From an archaeon (lineage in GTDB: Archaea > Iainarchaeota > Iainarchaeia > Iainarchaeales > 0-14-0-20-34-12), in assembly GCA_038046645.1 (NCBI GenBank), contig JBBSVU010000011.1:7778-42888 (forward strand): DNA of 35,111 nucleotides. Direction: 5' to 3'. The notes below the pieces were generated by a model, which made no database searches, was not told the DNA's origin, and saw only the letters and a program-made list of their open reading frames with translations. Positions 1 to 9,744 of the stretch are shown piece by piece. Every line of letters starts with the position of its first letter. Within the stretch, counting starts at the first letter, position 1. The position numbers and the translations under genes are program-made.

Positions 1-593
1 TCAGAATGCGGGTTCCTGAAGAAAAATGCCTGCAATTGTGTCTCATTATGCGGCCTTCTCTGCTGAGAAGCCTTTTCAAAATCAATTATCACAGGCTTAT
101 TTTTATTTTTTGAGATTAAAATATTTGAGCCTTTACCAGCAAGCTGCCCATGATCTACTCTTGCCTTATCCAGTCTTCTTGCTTGCTTAAATAAATGATT
201 AATGATTTTTTTCAATTCCTTTTTTTCTGAAATTTTTCCAAATCCCTTCCCTGAAATTTTACCTAATTCTTTATTTTTGGGAATTTTCCCAAGCACAAAT
301 TCTGCAAAAGTTATTCCATCAATGAATTCCATTAGGATTATTCTTCTTTCAAGGTCAAATGCATAGAGTTTTGGCCCTACTTTTACTGAATTTGCAACCT
401 TTAAATTCTGAATCTCCTTTTCAACCATGTTCCTCCTTGGGGAATCGGATTTCTCAATCTTCAAGGCAAATTTCCTGCCATTTTTTTCAGCCAAATATAC
501 TTCAGAACTGTATCCTTTTGCGATTTTGCCCATCAATTCAAGATCTTCCTTTTGCAGAAACTCACCAATCCTTTTTTGCAAATCTTCATGCAT
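1..593 (-). CDS. Archaeal Ser/Thr protein kinase (Bud32/RIO-like superfamily), truncated by window edge
   Basis: Manual translation from ATG 593: MHEDLQKRIG...KIAKGYSSEVY...FALKIEK...GPKLY...ILMEFIDG...DHGQLAG..SNILI...VIIDFEKA. Gly-rich loop, invariant Lys, catalytic-loop and DFE motifs present; GGGGG RBS upstream; absent from ORF track. Confidence 0.85.
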   Translation of the reverse strand, partial: MHEDLQKRIGEFLQKEDLELMGKIAKGYSSEVYLAEKNGRKFALKIEKSDSPRRNMVEKEIQNLKVANSVKVGPKLYAFDLERRIILMEFIDGITFAEFVLGKIPKNKELGKISGKGFGKISEKKELKKIINHLFKQARRLDKARVDHGQLAGKGSNILISKNKNKPVIIDFEKASQQRRPHNETQLQAFFFRNPHS

Positions 594-732
594 GTTTAAT
601 CCCCCTTTTTTGATGTATTTTATTTGCCTAAAACGTATTTATATGGTTATCAATATGCCTTAAACAGGCCTTTTGCCGCATATTAGTGGGTTTTTATAAA
701 CCGACCAATTCCTTTTTAAATTTAATTTCAGC

Positions 733-798
733 TTTATATAGTATAATTACTTATTTTATAAATAAATATTGTGATTGAAAATTCTGTTTATAGGAGGT
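733..798 (+). promoter_or_regulatory. TATA box (TTTATATA 733-740) and Shine-Dalgarno (AGGAGGT 792-798) of thermosome gene
   Basis: Motif match and position upstream of ATG 806. Confidence 0.6.
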
Positions 799-805
799 AG
801 ATATA

Positions 806-2461
806 ATGGCAGATCAAAGACAACAACCTGTAATCTTTCTTTCCGAAGGGACAAGAAGGACTAGGGGGAGAGACGCACAGCAGGTAAATATAATGATTGC
901 AAAGGCAGTAGCTGATGCAGTAAAATCTACTTTAGGCCCAAAAGGAATGGACAAGATGATAGTAGATGAATTAGGTGATATAACAATTAGTAATGATGGT
1001 GCAACCATATTGCAGGAAATGAGCATTGAGCATCCAATTGGAAAAATGATGGTTGAGATAGCAAAAACACAAGATGCCGAAGTAGGGGATGGAACAACAA
1101 CAGCAGTTGTTTTAGCAGGAGAATTGCTTGATAAAGCAGGAAAGCTGCTTGAAGACAGCATTCATCCAACAGTTGTTGTAAAAGGCTACAAAATGGCTGC
1201 AACAAAAAGCAATGAAATCCTTGATAAAATTTCAGACAAGATTGACAGGAATGACCGCAAGGAATTGAGGCAAATAGCCTTAACCACTATGACCGGAAAA
1301 AGTGCAGAAACAGAAGTAACTCTGGCAGATTTGTGCGTTGATGCGGTTATGCAGGTTGTAGAAGAGCAAGGAAATACTTTAACAATTGATAAAGATCATA
1401 TAAAGATTGAAAAGAAAGAAGGCGGCTTATTGAAAGACAGTGAATTAATCAAAGGAGTGGTAATTGACAAGGAGGTTGTGCATTCAGGTATGCCAAAAAA
1501 AGTGGAGAATGCCAAGATTGCTTTGGTTGATGCTGCTTTGGAGATTAAAGAGACAGAAACAGATGCTGAAATTTCAATAAATGACCCTTCACAGTTGCAG
1601 GCTTTTATTGAAAAAGAAGAAAGCATGTTAAAGGACATGGTTGAAAAGGTGAAGAAAAGCGGAGCAAATGTTTTATTCACGCAGAAAGGCATTGATGATT
1701 TGGCGCAGCATTTCCTGGCAAAGGCAGGAATCTTAGCAGTGCGCAGAATCAAAAAATCTGATATGGATCAATTGGCAAGAGCAACAGGTGCTTCCATAAT
1801 TACAAGATTGGATGATTTATCCAAAGAAGATTTGGGCTATGCAAAGATTGTCCAAGAGAAGAAGATTGCGAATGAAGCAATGGTGTTTGTTGAAGGTTGC
1901 AAGAACCCAAAAGCCGTAACCTTATTCCTAAGAGGAGGGTCAGAACACATAATTGATGAAGTAGAAAGAGCAGTAAATGATGCTATTGGCACTATTTCAG
2001 CAGCAATCAAGGATGGAAGAATTGTTACTGGCGGCGGAAGCGTTGAAATGGAACTCTCAGTGCAATTAAGGGATTATGCAAAGAAGATTGGCGGAAGAGA
2101 GCAATTAGCAATAGAAGCATTTGCTGATGCTTTGGAAATATTCCCAAAAACTTTGGCAGAAACTGCAGGAATGGATCCAATTGATACTCTTGTTGAATTA
2201 AGGGCAAGGCATTCAGACAGCAAGGCAGATAGTAAATACCTTGGTGTCAATGTCTTCAAATCAAAGATTACTGATATGAGAAAAGAACAAGTAATAGAGC
2301 CTTTAAAGGTAAAATACCAAGCAATTAATTCAGCATCAGAGGTAGCTGAAATGATATTGAGAATTGATGATATCATTGCAGGCTCAAGCAAAGGCCATAT
2401 GCCACCAGGAGGAATGCCTCCAGGTATGGGTGGAATGGGCGGAATGGAAGGCATGGAATAA
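806..2461 (+). CDS. thsA: Thermosome (group II chaperonin) subunit
   Basis: [30 protein letters not shown] motifs; GGM-repeat C-terminal tail. Confidence 0.98.
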   Translation: MADQRQQPVIFLSEGTRRTRGRDAQQVNIMIAKAVADAVKSTLGPKGMDKMIVDELGDITISNDGATILQEMSIEHPIGKMMVEIAKTQDAEVGDGTTTAVVLAGELLDKAGKLLEDSIHPTVVVKGYKMAATKSNEILDKISDKIDRNDRKELRQIALTTMTGKSAETEVTLADLCVDAVMQVVEEQGNTLTIDKDHIKIEKKEGGLLKDSELIKGVVIDKEVVHSGMPKKVENAKIALVDAALEIKETETDAEISINDPSQLQAFIEKEESMLKDMVEKVKKSGANVLFTQKGIDDLAQHFLAKAGILAVRRIKKSDMDQLARATGASIITRLDDLSKEDLGYAKIVQEKKIANEAMVFVEGCKNPKAVTLFLRGGSEHIIDEVERAVNDAIGTISAAIKDGRIVTGGGSVEMELSVQLRDYAKKIGGREQLAIEAFADALEIFPKTLAETAGMDPIDTLVELRARHSDSKADSKYLGVNVFKSKITDMRKEQVIEPLKVKYQAINSASEVAEMILRIDDIIAGSSKGHMPPGGMPPGMGGMGGMEGME

Positions 2462-2482
2462 AATCCAAATTGATGTAATTAA

Positions 2483-2520
2483 AAGGTTGCAAAATGCAAC
2501 CTTCTATTTTATTTTTTTGT
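2483..2520 (+). terminator. Hairpin plus T-tract terminator
   Basis: AAGGTTGCA-aaa-TGCAACCTT 9-bp stem followed by T-rich run after ths stop. Confidence 0.65.
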
Positions 2521-2631
2521 CCATAAATTCTAATTTTTTATTTTTATTCTAATAAATTACCCATTTTCCTGCAAATTTGCTTTTAGAAAAGATTAAAAAT
2601 AACCATTTCCTCTTAATACTGAGGTGGTTTA

Positions 2632-3306
2632 TTGATTGACTTGTTACAGGGCCTAGGAGATACCTTATGGCTGTCATTAAAGAAATTAGGTCAGTCTTTC
2701 GTTGAGTTAGTTCCTAATTTAGTAGGGGCAATCATCATTGTTCTTATTGGTTGGATTATTGGAAAGGTGATAAAGAAGATAATTGTTACCTTGATCCAGC
2801 AGACCAAGATTGATGAATGGGTTGAAGAGCAGAATCTGACTGCAGCCATAGGAGGGCAGAAGATTTCAAATATTGTTGGAAGCTTCCTCAAATGGTATAT
2901 TATTGCAATATTCTTAATACAGGCAGTTACTGCATTCCAGCTCACTGTTTTGCAGGAATTCCTGACAGTGCTTGCATACTATATTCCACAGATTATTGTA
3001 GCATTGCTGATTTTAGTAATAGGTCTTTTGATCGGCCGCTATGTAAGGAATATTGTTGACGCAACAACCTATTTCCATAAAAGAACAATAGGGATTATTG
3101 CAGAGGTAATAATCATCTACGTAGCAATTGTTCTTGGATTAGATACAATTCAAGGAGTAGATGTGACAATATTATTAGACGCATTCAGAATCTCATTGCT
3201 GGCATTTACCTTGACGATTGCAATCATTGTTGGAATAACATTAGGATTTGCATTCAAGGATGATGCTAAGGATTTAATCTCAGAAATCAGGAAAAAGGCA
3301 AAATAA
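2632..3306 (+). CDS. Membrane protein with repeated conserved-TM-helix units (MscS-associated/CmpX-like)
   Basis: Two PxL/IxxAxxIL/VxIGxxIG helices (VPNLVGAIIIVLIGWIIG; IPQIIVALLILVIGLLIG); GAGGTGG RBS, TTG start. Confidence 0.8.
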   Translation: MIDLLQGLGDTLWLSLKKLGQSFVELVPNLVGAIIIVLIGWIIGKVIKKIIVTLIQQTKIDEWVEEQNLTAAIGGQKISNIVGSFLKWYIIAIFLIQAVTAFQLTVLQEFLTVLAYYIPQIIVALLILVIGLLIGRYVRNIVDATTYFHKRTIGIIAEVIIIYVAIVLGLDTIQGVDVTILLDAFRISLLAFTLTIAIIVGITLGFAFKDDAKDLISEIRKKAK

Positions 3307-3340
3307 AGGGTTAATCCCTTTATTTTTTTCTTTTTTTATT
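3304..3340 (+). terminator. Hairpin plus T-tract terminator
   Basis: TAAAGGG-ttaat-CCCTTTA then long T runs. Confidence 0.6.
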
Positions 3341-3489
3341 CTTAATTATCTATTTAAATATTATTACATAGTTCTCTATATACTATTGCCAAATGTTTCT
3401 TTTAGGCCTTAAAGAAATAGTTTTCTTTTGGATTCCAGAGTTTTCTTTTGGACTCTAAAAGACTTTTCTTTTCTAACGAAAAGGATTTT

Positions 3490-3563
3490 GGGCGTGTAGC
3501 TCAGTCTGGTAGAGCAATGGTCTTATACGCCATCGGTCAGCGGTTCAAATCCGCTCATGCCCA
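3490..3563 (+). tRNA. tRNA-Ile, anticodon UAU
   Basis: Cloverleaf: acceptor GGGCGTG/CATGCCC, discriminator A; D stem GCTC/GAGC; anticodon stem ATGGT/GCCAT with loop CT-TAT-AC; T arm AGCGG-TTCAAAT-CCGCT; no encoded CCA, no intron. Confidence 0.92.
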
Positions 3564-3571
3564 AACCAAGC

Positions 3572-3600
3572 CTTTCTTTTCTTTAAAAAAGAAAAGAAAG
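3572..3600. terminator. 13-bp hairpin downstream of tRNA-Ile(UAU)
   Basis: CTTTCTTTTCTTT-aaa-AAAGAAAAGAAAG. Confidence 0.45.
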
Positions 3601-3649
3601 TCTAGGTATTATCCCAAGAAAAGAAACTAAAAATAAAAAACGATGTAAT

Positions 3650-4093
3650 ATGGCTAGAAGACCTTTAAGTTTTGGAAGACGCAGGGTTGTAAAAAGTTTA
3701 AAAAGCCCTACAATTCCGCAACTAAAGCTGCCTAAAACATTATTTGGAAAAGTATTCCCAAGGCCTTTGGAATTGCCTTTTGCGAGAAAAGGAGAACCAA
3801 ATGAAGGAACCTTGCAACATTTGGCACAGTGTAAGGCAGAATTTGAAAGGGCAAGAGACAAAAATGATTTTAGGGAAATGCATTTTTGGAAAGGCCGTTT
3901 TGATATTTCAATCAAGAGATTTTTGGGGAATGTGCCAGAAGGTTTTGGGACTGAAGCCTTTGAAAGTTATTGTAGAACTCAGGTTCGTAGTGCTTCTATC
4001 CAGTCTGATGTTGCTGAGTCAAGGGAATGGGAAGATTTAAGGAATCTTTCTGAGGAATACCGAAAGCAGTTTTTGTTAAAAAAGAAGAATTAG
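3650..4093 (+). CDS. Hypothetical basic protein
   Basis: 147-aa ORF, R/K/P-rich N-terminus, no recognisable domain. Confidence 0.7.
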   Translation: MARRPLSFGRRRVVKSLKSPTIPQLKLPKTLFGKVFPRPLELPFARKGEPNEGTLQHLAQCKAEFERARDKNDFREMHFWKGRFDISIKRFLGNVPEGFGTEAFESYCRTQVRSASIQSDVAESREWEDLRNLSEEYRKQFLLKKKN

Positions 4094-4115
4094 CTAATAT
4101 TATTTTTGATGTTTT

Positions 4116-4361
4116 ATGCCAAATCCAAGAATTCCTAGGAGAACAGGCACTAAGCCTAAGAGAAGAGAAACATTAATCTCAAAAATAAGCTCTCCAGATA
4201 CTCCTGAATTTTGGGAAAAAGGGGCAAGTAAGTTGGCAGAAAAAGGCTTGACCGAAGCTGCTGCTGCAAGCAGAGCTATAGCAGAAAAATTAAGAAGTCA
4301 AGGAGAAAACCGTGGAGTAAAATTTAATGCCTTGAAAATAAGGAGAAAACCAAAATCTTAA
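4116..4361 (+). CDS. Hypothetical small basic protein
   Basis: 81-aa ORF filling the gap to ileS; starts MPNPRIPRR. Confidence 0.65.
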   Translation: MPNPRIPRRTGTKPKRRETLISKISSPDTPEFWEKGASKLAEKGLTEAAAASRAIAEKLRSQGENRGVKFNALKIRRKPKS

Positions 4362-4403
4362 TGATTGGGTTATTAATATTAAAAAAATATTTTTGTGATT
4401 TTT

Positions 4404-7271
4404 ATGACAGGAACACTGCAGGAATACACGCTTGAAAAAGAAAAAGAGATACTTGAATTCTGGAAAAAGAATAAAATTCCGGAAAAGGTTGAAGAGCTGT
4501 CTTCCAAAAACAAGAAAACGTTCTATTTCATGGACGGTCCTCCATATGCAACAGGCCATATACATATGGGCACTGCTTTAAACAAAATTCTGAAGGATGT
4601 TGCTATACGTTCAAAAAGAATGCAAGGCCAAAATGTTTTCTGCAGGGCAGGATATGATACACACGGATTGCCGATTGAGCACAAGGTTGAGAAGGAATTA
4701 GGCATAAAGAATAAGCAGGAAATTGAAGAATATGGTGTGCAGAAATTTGTTGATGCCTGCAGGAAATTTGCAACAGAGCATATAGACACAATGAATGCTG
4801 AATTCTTAAATTTAGGCGCTTGGCTAGATTTCAAAAACCCTTATCTAACACTTACAAATGAATATATTGAAGCAATCTGGTGGACATTCAAAAAAGCAGA
4901 GGAAAAAGGCCTTTTATTCTTAGGAAAATATCCTATTCATGCATGCCCAAGATGTGCAACTGCTGTCGCATATAATGAAATCGAATACATTAAGCAGACA
5001 GACACAGCGGTTTATGTCAAATTCCCTGTGAAAGGAAAAGAAAATACTTTTTTATTAATCTGGACCACTACGCCATGGACGTTAATTGATAATGCTGGTG
5101 TAATGATTCACCCAAAATATGAGTATGCAGAAGTAAAGATGAGCAATGGCGAAAAATGGATTCTTGCAAAAGAGCTTGTTGAACCAATAATGAAGATTCT
5201 GGAAGCAGGTTATGCGATTGAGAAAATTTATGTTGGAAAGGAATTGGAAGGCTGGACATATGAAAATCCTTTGTCAAAGAATATAAAGATTCCAAAAGAA
5301 GAATTGAAAGAGGCCTACAGGGTTGTTCTCTCAGATAGGTATGTTACTTTGGAAGAAGGAACTGGTTTAGTGCATGTTGGTTCAGGCCATGGAAAAGAAG
5401 ACTATGATGTTGCTGTAAAAACAGGGCTGCCGATAATTTGCACAATCGGTTTGGATGGAAAAATGGATCAGAGAGCAGGGAAATATGCAAATGGAATAGC
5501 CAGAATAATTGACAAGGAAATTGTAAAGGATTTGGAAGAAATGGGAATGCTTATTTACAAGCACCATTATACGCATGATTATCCAGTATGCTGGCGTTGT
5601 AAAACTCCATTATTAATGATTTCATCTGAACAATGGTTCTTTAAGATTGAAGACATAAGAAATAAACTGATTGAAGAAAATAAAGGTGTTTATTGGGTTC
5701 CTGCCTGGATGAAAGACCGCATGAATAATTGGCTAGAATCTTTGGGAAATTGGCCTATCTCGAGGGAAAGATACTGGGGCACTCCTTTGCCTATTTGGGT
5801 TTGTGAGGATGAAAAATGCAAATCCCGCAAGGTTCTTGGTTCTGTTGAAGAATTGAAAAAAGAATCAGGATTGAAAGACATTAAAGATTTGCACAAGCCG
5901 TTTATTGATTCTGTTTTCCTGAAGTGCAAATGCGGAAGCAGGATGAAAAGAATCCCGCATGTGATGGATGTCTGGTTTGATTCCGGCGTAAGTTCCTGGG
6001 GCGCTTTGGATTACCCAAAAAGAAAGGATTTGTTTGAAAAATTCTGGCCTGCTGATTTGAATATTGAAGGCACAGATCAAGTAAGGGGCTGGTGGAATTC
6101 GGAAATAATTACCTCAATGATATGCTTTGACAAAAAACCGTTCAAGGCAATTGCTGTGCATGGCATGGTCTTAGATATTGGCAAGAAAAAGATGTCAAAA
6201 AGCCTTGGCAATATTATACAGCCGAGTGAGGTTATTGAAAAATATAACCGTGATTACCTTAGGTATTATTTAGTTAAGTATTCAAAAGGCGAGGATTTAA
6301 CATTTGACTGGGAAATTTTCAAGGATATAAAAAGATTTTTCAATATTCTCTGGAATAGCATAAACTTTGCCTCAATTTACCTTGATTTGGAATTCACTGA
6401 AAAATTGCCAAAGAAATTAATGCCAGAAGACCGCTGGATTCTCAGCAGGTTAAATTCATTAATTCTAGAGACAGAAAAAAATTATAATAATTATACTTAT
6501 TACCAGATAATTTCAGCAGTAGAAAGCTTTGTGCTTGATGATTTCAGCAGAACCTACATTAAGCTCATAAGGGACAGGACTTCTTCTGACAAAGAAAATG
6601 TAAGCATTATGTTCAACCATATTGTTTCTGCACTTCTGAGGCTGCTTGCGCCTGTTGCACCGCACATAACAGAGTATGTCTACCAGGGATATGGAAAAAA
6701 AGCAAAAGGCCATAAGGAAAGCATTCATTTGTACAATCTTCCTGTTGCGGATAAATCCTTGATTGATGAAAATCTCGATAAGGAAATGAATCTTGTAAGA
6801 GAAATTTCCCAAAATGTTTTAAGCATGAGGAATGAGAATAATTTGCGTTTAAGATGGGTTTTGAAATCATTAGCAATTGAAAGCAATGATTCATTAATCC
6901 CAAACCTGAAAGATGTTCTGGCTAGCATGACTAATGTGAAAAAGGTTTATGAAGTAAAAACAAAGCCAGCAGGAAATTTCATCATGAAGGAACTTCCCAT
7001 GGCTAAAATTTATCTTGATAAGGATGCTGACGCTTCTTTGAAGGAAGAATGGGAACTGCGTGAACTGATAAGGAAGATACAGGACAAAAGGTCTGATTTG
7101 AAATTAAACCCAAATGATACTGTAAAGCTTTTGATAAGCTGCGATGATGCAAAATTCCTGGATAAATTCAAAAAAGACATTGAAAAAGAAACCAGTTCAA
7201 AAATTACGCTAAAAAATGGCCAGCTTGAAAAGTTGCTGGAAAGGTCATTCTATTTTTCAATTGAAAAATAA
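4404..7271 (+). CDS. ileS: Isoleucine--tRNA ligase
   Basis: DGPPYATGHIHMGT (HIGH equivalent), GYDTHGLPIE, WTTTPWT, ISRERYWGTP, DVWFDSG, EGTDQVRGW, KMSKS; likely start ATG 4404. Confidence 0.97.
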   Translation: MTGTLQEYTLEKEKEILEFWKKNKIPEKVEELSSKNKKTFYFMDGPPYATGHIHMGTALNKILKDVAIRSKRMQGQNVFCRAGYDTHGLPIEHKVEKELGIKNKQEIEEYGVQKFVDACRKFATEHIDTMNAEFLNLGAWLDFKNPYLTLTNEYIEAIWWTFKKAEEKGLLFLGKYPIHACPRCATAVAYNEIEYIKQTDTAVYVKFPVKGKENTFLLIWTTTPWTLIDNAGVMIHPKYEYAEVKMSNGEKWILAKELVEPIMKILEAGYAIEKIYVGKELEGWTYENPLSKNIKIPKEELKEAYRVVLSDRYVTLEEGTGLVHVGSGHGKEDYDVAVKTGLPIICTIGLDGKMDQRAGKYANGIARIIDKEIVKDLEEMGMLIYKHHYTHDYPVCWRCKTPLLMISSEQWFFKIEDIRNKLIEENKGVYWVPAWMKDRMNNWLESLGNWPISRERYWGTPLPIWVCEDEKCKSRKVLGSVEELKKESGLKDIKDLHKPFIDSVFLKCKCGSRMKRIPHVMDVWFDSGVSSWGALDYPKRKDLFEKFWPADLNIEGTDQVRGWWNSEIITSMICFDKKPFKAIAVHGMVLDIGKKKMSKSLGNIIQPSEVIEKYNRDYLRYYLVKYSKGEDLTFDWEIFKDIKRFFNILWNSINFASIYLDLEFTEKLPKKLMPEDRWILSRLNSLILETEKNYNNYTYYQIISAVESFVLDDFSRTYIKLIRDRTSSDKENVSIMFNHIVSALLRLLAPVAPHITEYVYQGYGKKAKGHKESIHLYNLPVADKSLIDENLDKEMNLVREISQNVLSMRNENNLRLRWVLKSLAIESNDSLIPNLKDVLASMTNVKKVYEVKTKPAGNFIMKELPMAKIYLDKDADASLKEEWELRELIRKIQDKRSDLKLNPNDTVKLLISCDDAKFLDKFKKDIEKETSSKITLKNGQLEKLLERSFYFSIEK

Positions 7272-7283
7272 TTTTCGAAAATT

Positions 7284-7330
7284 AAAAAAAAGAAATAGGC
7301 CAGCGCCTTTGCTGGCATGCTTTATTTTAT
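7284..7330. terminator. Possible bidirectional terminator between convergent genes
   Basis: A-tract, GCCAGC...GCTGGC hairpin (7299-7316), T-rich tract. Confidence 0.5.
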
Positions 7331-7338
7331 AATGCTGT

Positions 7339-7899
7339 TTATTGTACTCTTAAAATTGCTGCGTACTGTGCATTAACTCCGTCATTGTCTGTGTCTTGGT
7401 CTACGACGTGATACAATGCATACTTTGAGCCGCACATTTCAAACACATCAAACTTAGGTGTTTTTCCGTGGAAATTATAGTTTATGAGATTGGCTAAGTA
7501 TGGCTGTGATACTGATTTTTTGAAGAATGCCGTGCCTGACTTCAAAACCTTATTGTTTGCCGATAATGTTTCGTAATAAAAGCTAGCATTATCATTAAAG
7601 GTGCCGTTATCTTTCATATCTGTTAATTTAATTGTGCATCTGACTGCCCCATTTGATGCAATAGACAAAGCTTTAGTATTGAAAGTGTATGTAGCTTGCC
7701 CTTCTTTCTTTATAACTAAGCCATTCCATGCTGAAACAGCATTTGCTGAATTGCATGCACCTTCTTTATAACTTGCTTGAAGTGTCCAGAAACCATTTGC
7801 ATTATATTTGCCCCATTTTTCCATGCCGCAAGCATATGCTGTTGGCAAAAGCAGTGCTAATGCTAGTGTAATGAAAATTACCAATAATTTTTTGTTCAT
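7339..7899 (-). CDS. Secreted hypothetical protein
   Basis: Sec signal peptide MNKKLLVIFITLALALLLPTAYA; GGGGGG RBS before ATG 7899. Confidence 0.8.
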   Translation of the reverse strand: MNKKLLVIFITLALALLLPTAYACGMEKWGKYNANGFWTLQASYKEGACNSANAVSAWNGLVIKKEGQATYTFNTKALSIASNGAVRCTIKLTDMKDNGTFNDNASFYYETLSANNKVLKSGTAFFKKSVSQPYLANLINYNFHGKTPKFDVFEMCGSKYALYHVVDQDTDNDGVNAQYAAILRVQ

Positions 7900-8091
7900 T
7901 GAAACCCCCCTTAATTTTATATGGAAAATAACCCAAGGATATCTTTTTAAATATACTTTTTCACTCAAAAAAGTTATTTCCTATTTTTATTGCTAGAGTT
8001 AATCTTTAACTTTGAAGTAGCTTATTTTTAGCTATCCTGCAAAATCAATTTGGATAAATCAATTTGGATTTTTGATCCTTTGCCAATTAGC

Positions 8092-8242
8092 CAATTACCA
8101 GAATCTTTTTATTGCAATTACCAGAATCTTTTGATTGCAATTACCAGAATCTTTTGATTGCAATTACCAGAATCTTTTTATTGCAATTACCAGAATCTTT
8201 TGATTGCAATTACAAAAATCTTTTTATTGCAATTACTAGAAT
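8092..8242. repeat. Tandem array, about 6.5 copies of 23-bp unit CAATTACCAGAATCTTTT(G/T)ATTG
   Basis: Units start at 8092, 8115, 8138, 8161, 8184, 8207 and 8230 (partial); no spacers. Confidence 0.97.
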
Positions 8243-8377
8243 AATAAATGCCAAGCAAAGGCCTACTATAAAATAAGGGCTTAATTTTGGGCCTGCCACC
8301 TCTGCATCAAAGAATCTCATTATTCCTATTTCGCTTGTCGGGCTTGAAACCCTGTTGCCTCTATTTAGTTTTACCAA
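8210..8377 (-). CDS. secG: Preprotein translocase subunit Sec61-beta (archaeal SecG), 55 aa
   Basis: Manual translation MVKLNRGNRVSSPTSEIGIMRFFDAEVAGPKLSPYFIVGLCLAFIILVIAIKRFL; GxMRFF...KLSP motif plus C-terminal TM helix; AGGTGG RBS, TTG start. Confidence 0.88.
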   Translation of the reverse strand: MVKLNRGNRVSSPTSEIGIMRFFDAEVAGPKLSPYFIVGLCLAFIILVIAIKRFL

Positions 8378-8522
8378 GTCATCCACCTTTTGTTATAATA
8401 CTTAACTATTTATACACCATTTATTATAAATCTTTATATAATCATGCTTTTTATTCCTATTTACAGGGAAAAAAGTTGATGATAATAAGAAAATAATTGC
8501 AGAAAGCAAAGAATGTGATAAA

Positions 8523-9557
8523 ATGCCTGTGATTCATGAAGGCCCTGTTGGCATAAACATTGATGCAAAATTAATAATTAAGATAATGACAGTGGTTTTT
8601 TTAGCATCCTCGCTTTTATTTGTGCTTACATGGACTAATACATTCCATTGCAAATCAATCCCTGGCTGGTGCGATGTTTATTATTCCCTTAAAAATGCGA
8701 TTTTCTATGGGGACTTAGGCATAAAGTCCCAGCCTAAAGTAGCGATTGTTTATGGTGAAGACGGTTTAGGTGATCCCTATGCTTTGCAAACAGTTATTTC
8801 TGATATTGCAAAGATAAAAGGGCAAAAGCCTGATATGCTTAATTTGAAATTTTTAAGTTTAGGAAACCTCAAACAATATGATTTGGTAATAGTGGACCAT
8901 GCAAGAACAATATCCACTGAACAGATAAGCATGTTTATCACATATGCCAACCAGGGTGGCAAATTAGTCTGGACCGGGGATGCAGGAACACAATTGCCAA
9001 AGAATGAAAATCCAGAGCAATACCTGCTTTATATGGATGAAACCACAAAAGACCAAAGCGCTCCGCACACAGCAATAAACCCATGGGCAAGAAAGCTTGG
9101 CACAAAGATGATTCTTCTTAATGAATTGATCTCTGTGAATTATCAGGGAAATTACTGTAACTTTAAGCCATGCCCGCTTGCATTGAATTGTGACGGCAAG
9201 CTTGTTGCAATAAATAAAAAACATCCTTTGGTTTATGGCCTAAGCCCGATATTGGAATTCTGCTTTGTTGGGCAAAATAATTTTTCTTTAGTATCCATAA
9301 TTGGAAAAAACCCGAGCACAGTTGTTTTGAGCGCAGAAATGGGTTCAAATATATTTGATGAATCGCAAAATAATTACGGAAATATTCTGCCGTTAATTGT
9401 CCTTACATCCAAATCAAGCATTTTGAATATGAACATAGGGGAAAATGTTGCATATTATGCACTTCCTCCGGAATATTATGCTTACAATCTGCTTGATGAC
9501 AAGCACAAATATTATTCCTTAATTGAGAATCTTTATTATGGAATGCTATTTGGTTAA
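8523..9557 (+). CDS. Membrane-anchored protein with class I GATase-like (DUF4350/ThuA-like) domain
   Basis: N-terminal TM helix; YDLVIVD...YANQGGKLVWTGDAG...HPLVYGL. Confidence 0.7.
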   Translation: MPVIHEGPVGINIDAKLIIKIMTVVFLASSLLFVLTWTNTFHCKSIPGWCDVYYSLKNAIFYGDLGIKSQPKVAIVYGEDGLGDPYALQTVISDIAKIKGQKPDMLNLKFLSLGNLKQYDLVIVDHARTISTEQISMFITYANQGGKLVWTGDAGTQLPKNENPEQYLLYMDETTKDQSAPHTAINPWARKLGTKMILLNELISVNYQGNYCNFKPCPLALNCDGKLVAINKKHPLVYGLSPILEFCFVGQNNFSLVSIIGKNPSTVVLSAEMGSNIFDESQNNYGNILPLIVLTSKSSILNMNIGENVAYYALPPEYYAYNLLDDKHKYYSLIENLYYGMLFG

Positions 9558-9744
9558 TAGCTAAAATAATTTTATCCTAAAACCTTGGCATAAGGCAGGG
9601 AAACATATTTAAAGGGGAAAAGTATTTAGATAATATTAATACTTTAACATAATCGGTTTTCTGCTGTTTGCAGGCAACCAAAACGTATAAAAACAAATAA
9701 TTGCATAAATTAACATATTAATTATAAATAATTAAAAAGGTGAT

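Noticed and set aside
359..663. Plus-strand ORFs of 84 and 78 aa
   Set aside because: Antisense shadows of the minus-strand kinase
3448..3630. 60-aa ORF, and likewise 15059-15316 and 34437-34640
   Set aside because: They overlap well-formed tRNA genes
8092..8242. CRISPR array
   Set aside because: Units are contiguous with no unique spacers, there are no cas genes nearby, and the unit derives from the secG 3' end
8287..8496. 69-aa plus-strand ORF
   Set aside because: Antisense to the recognisable Sec61-beta gene
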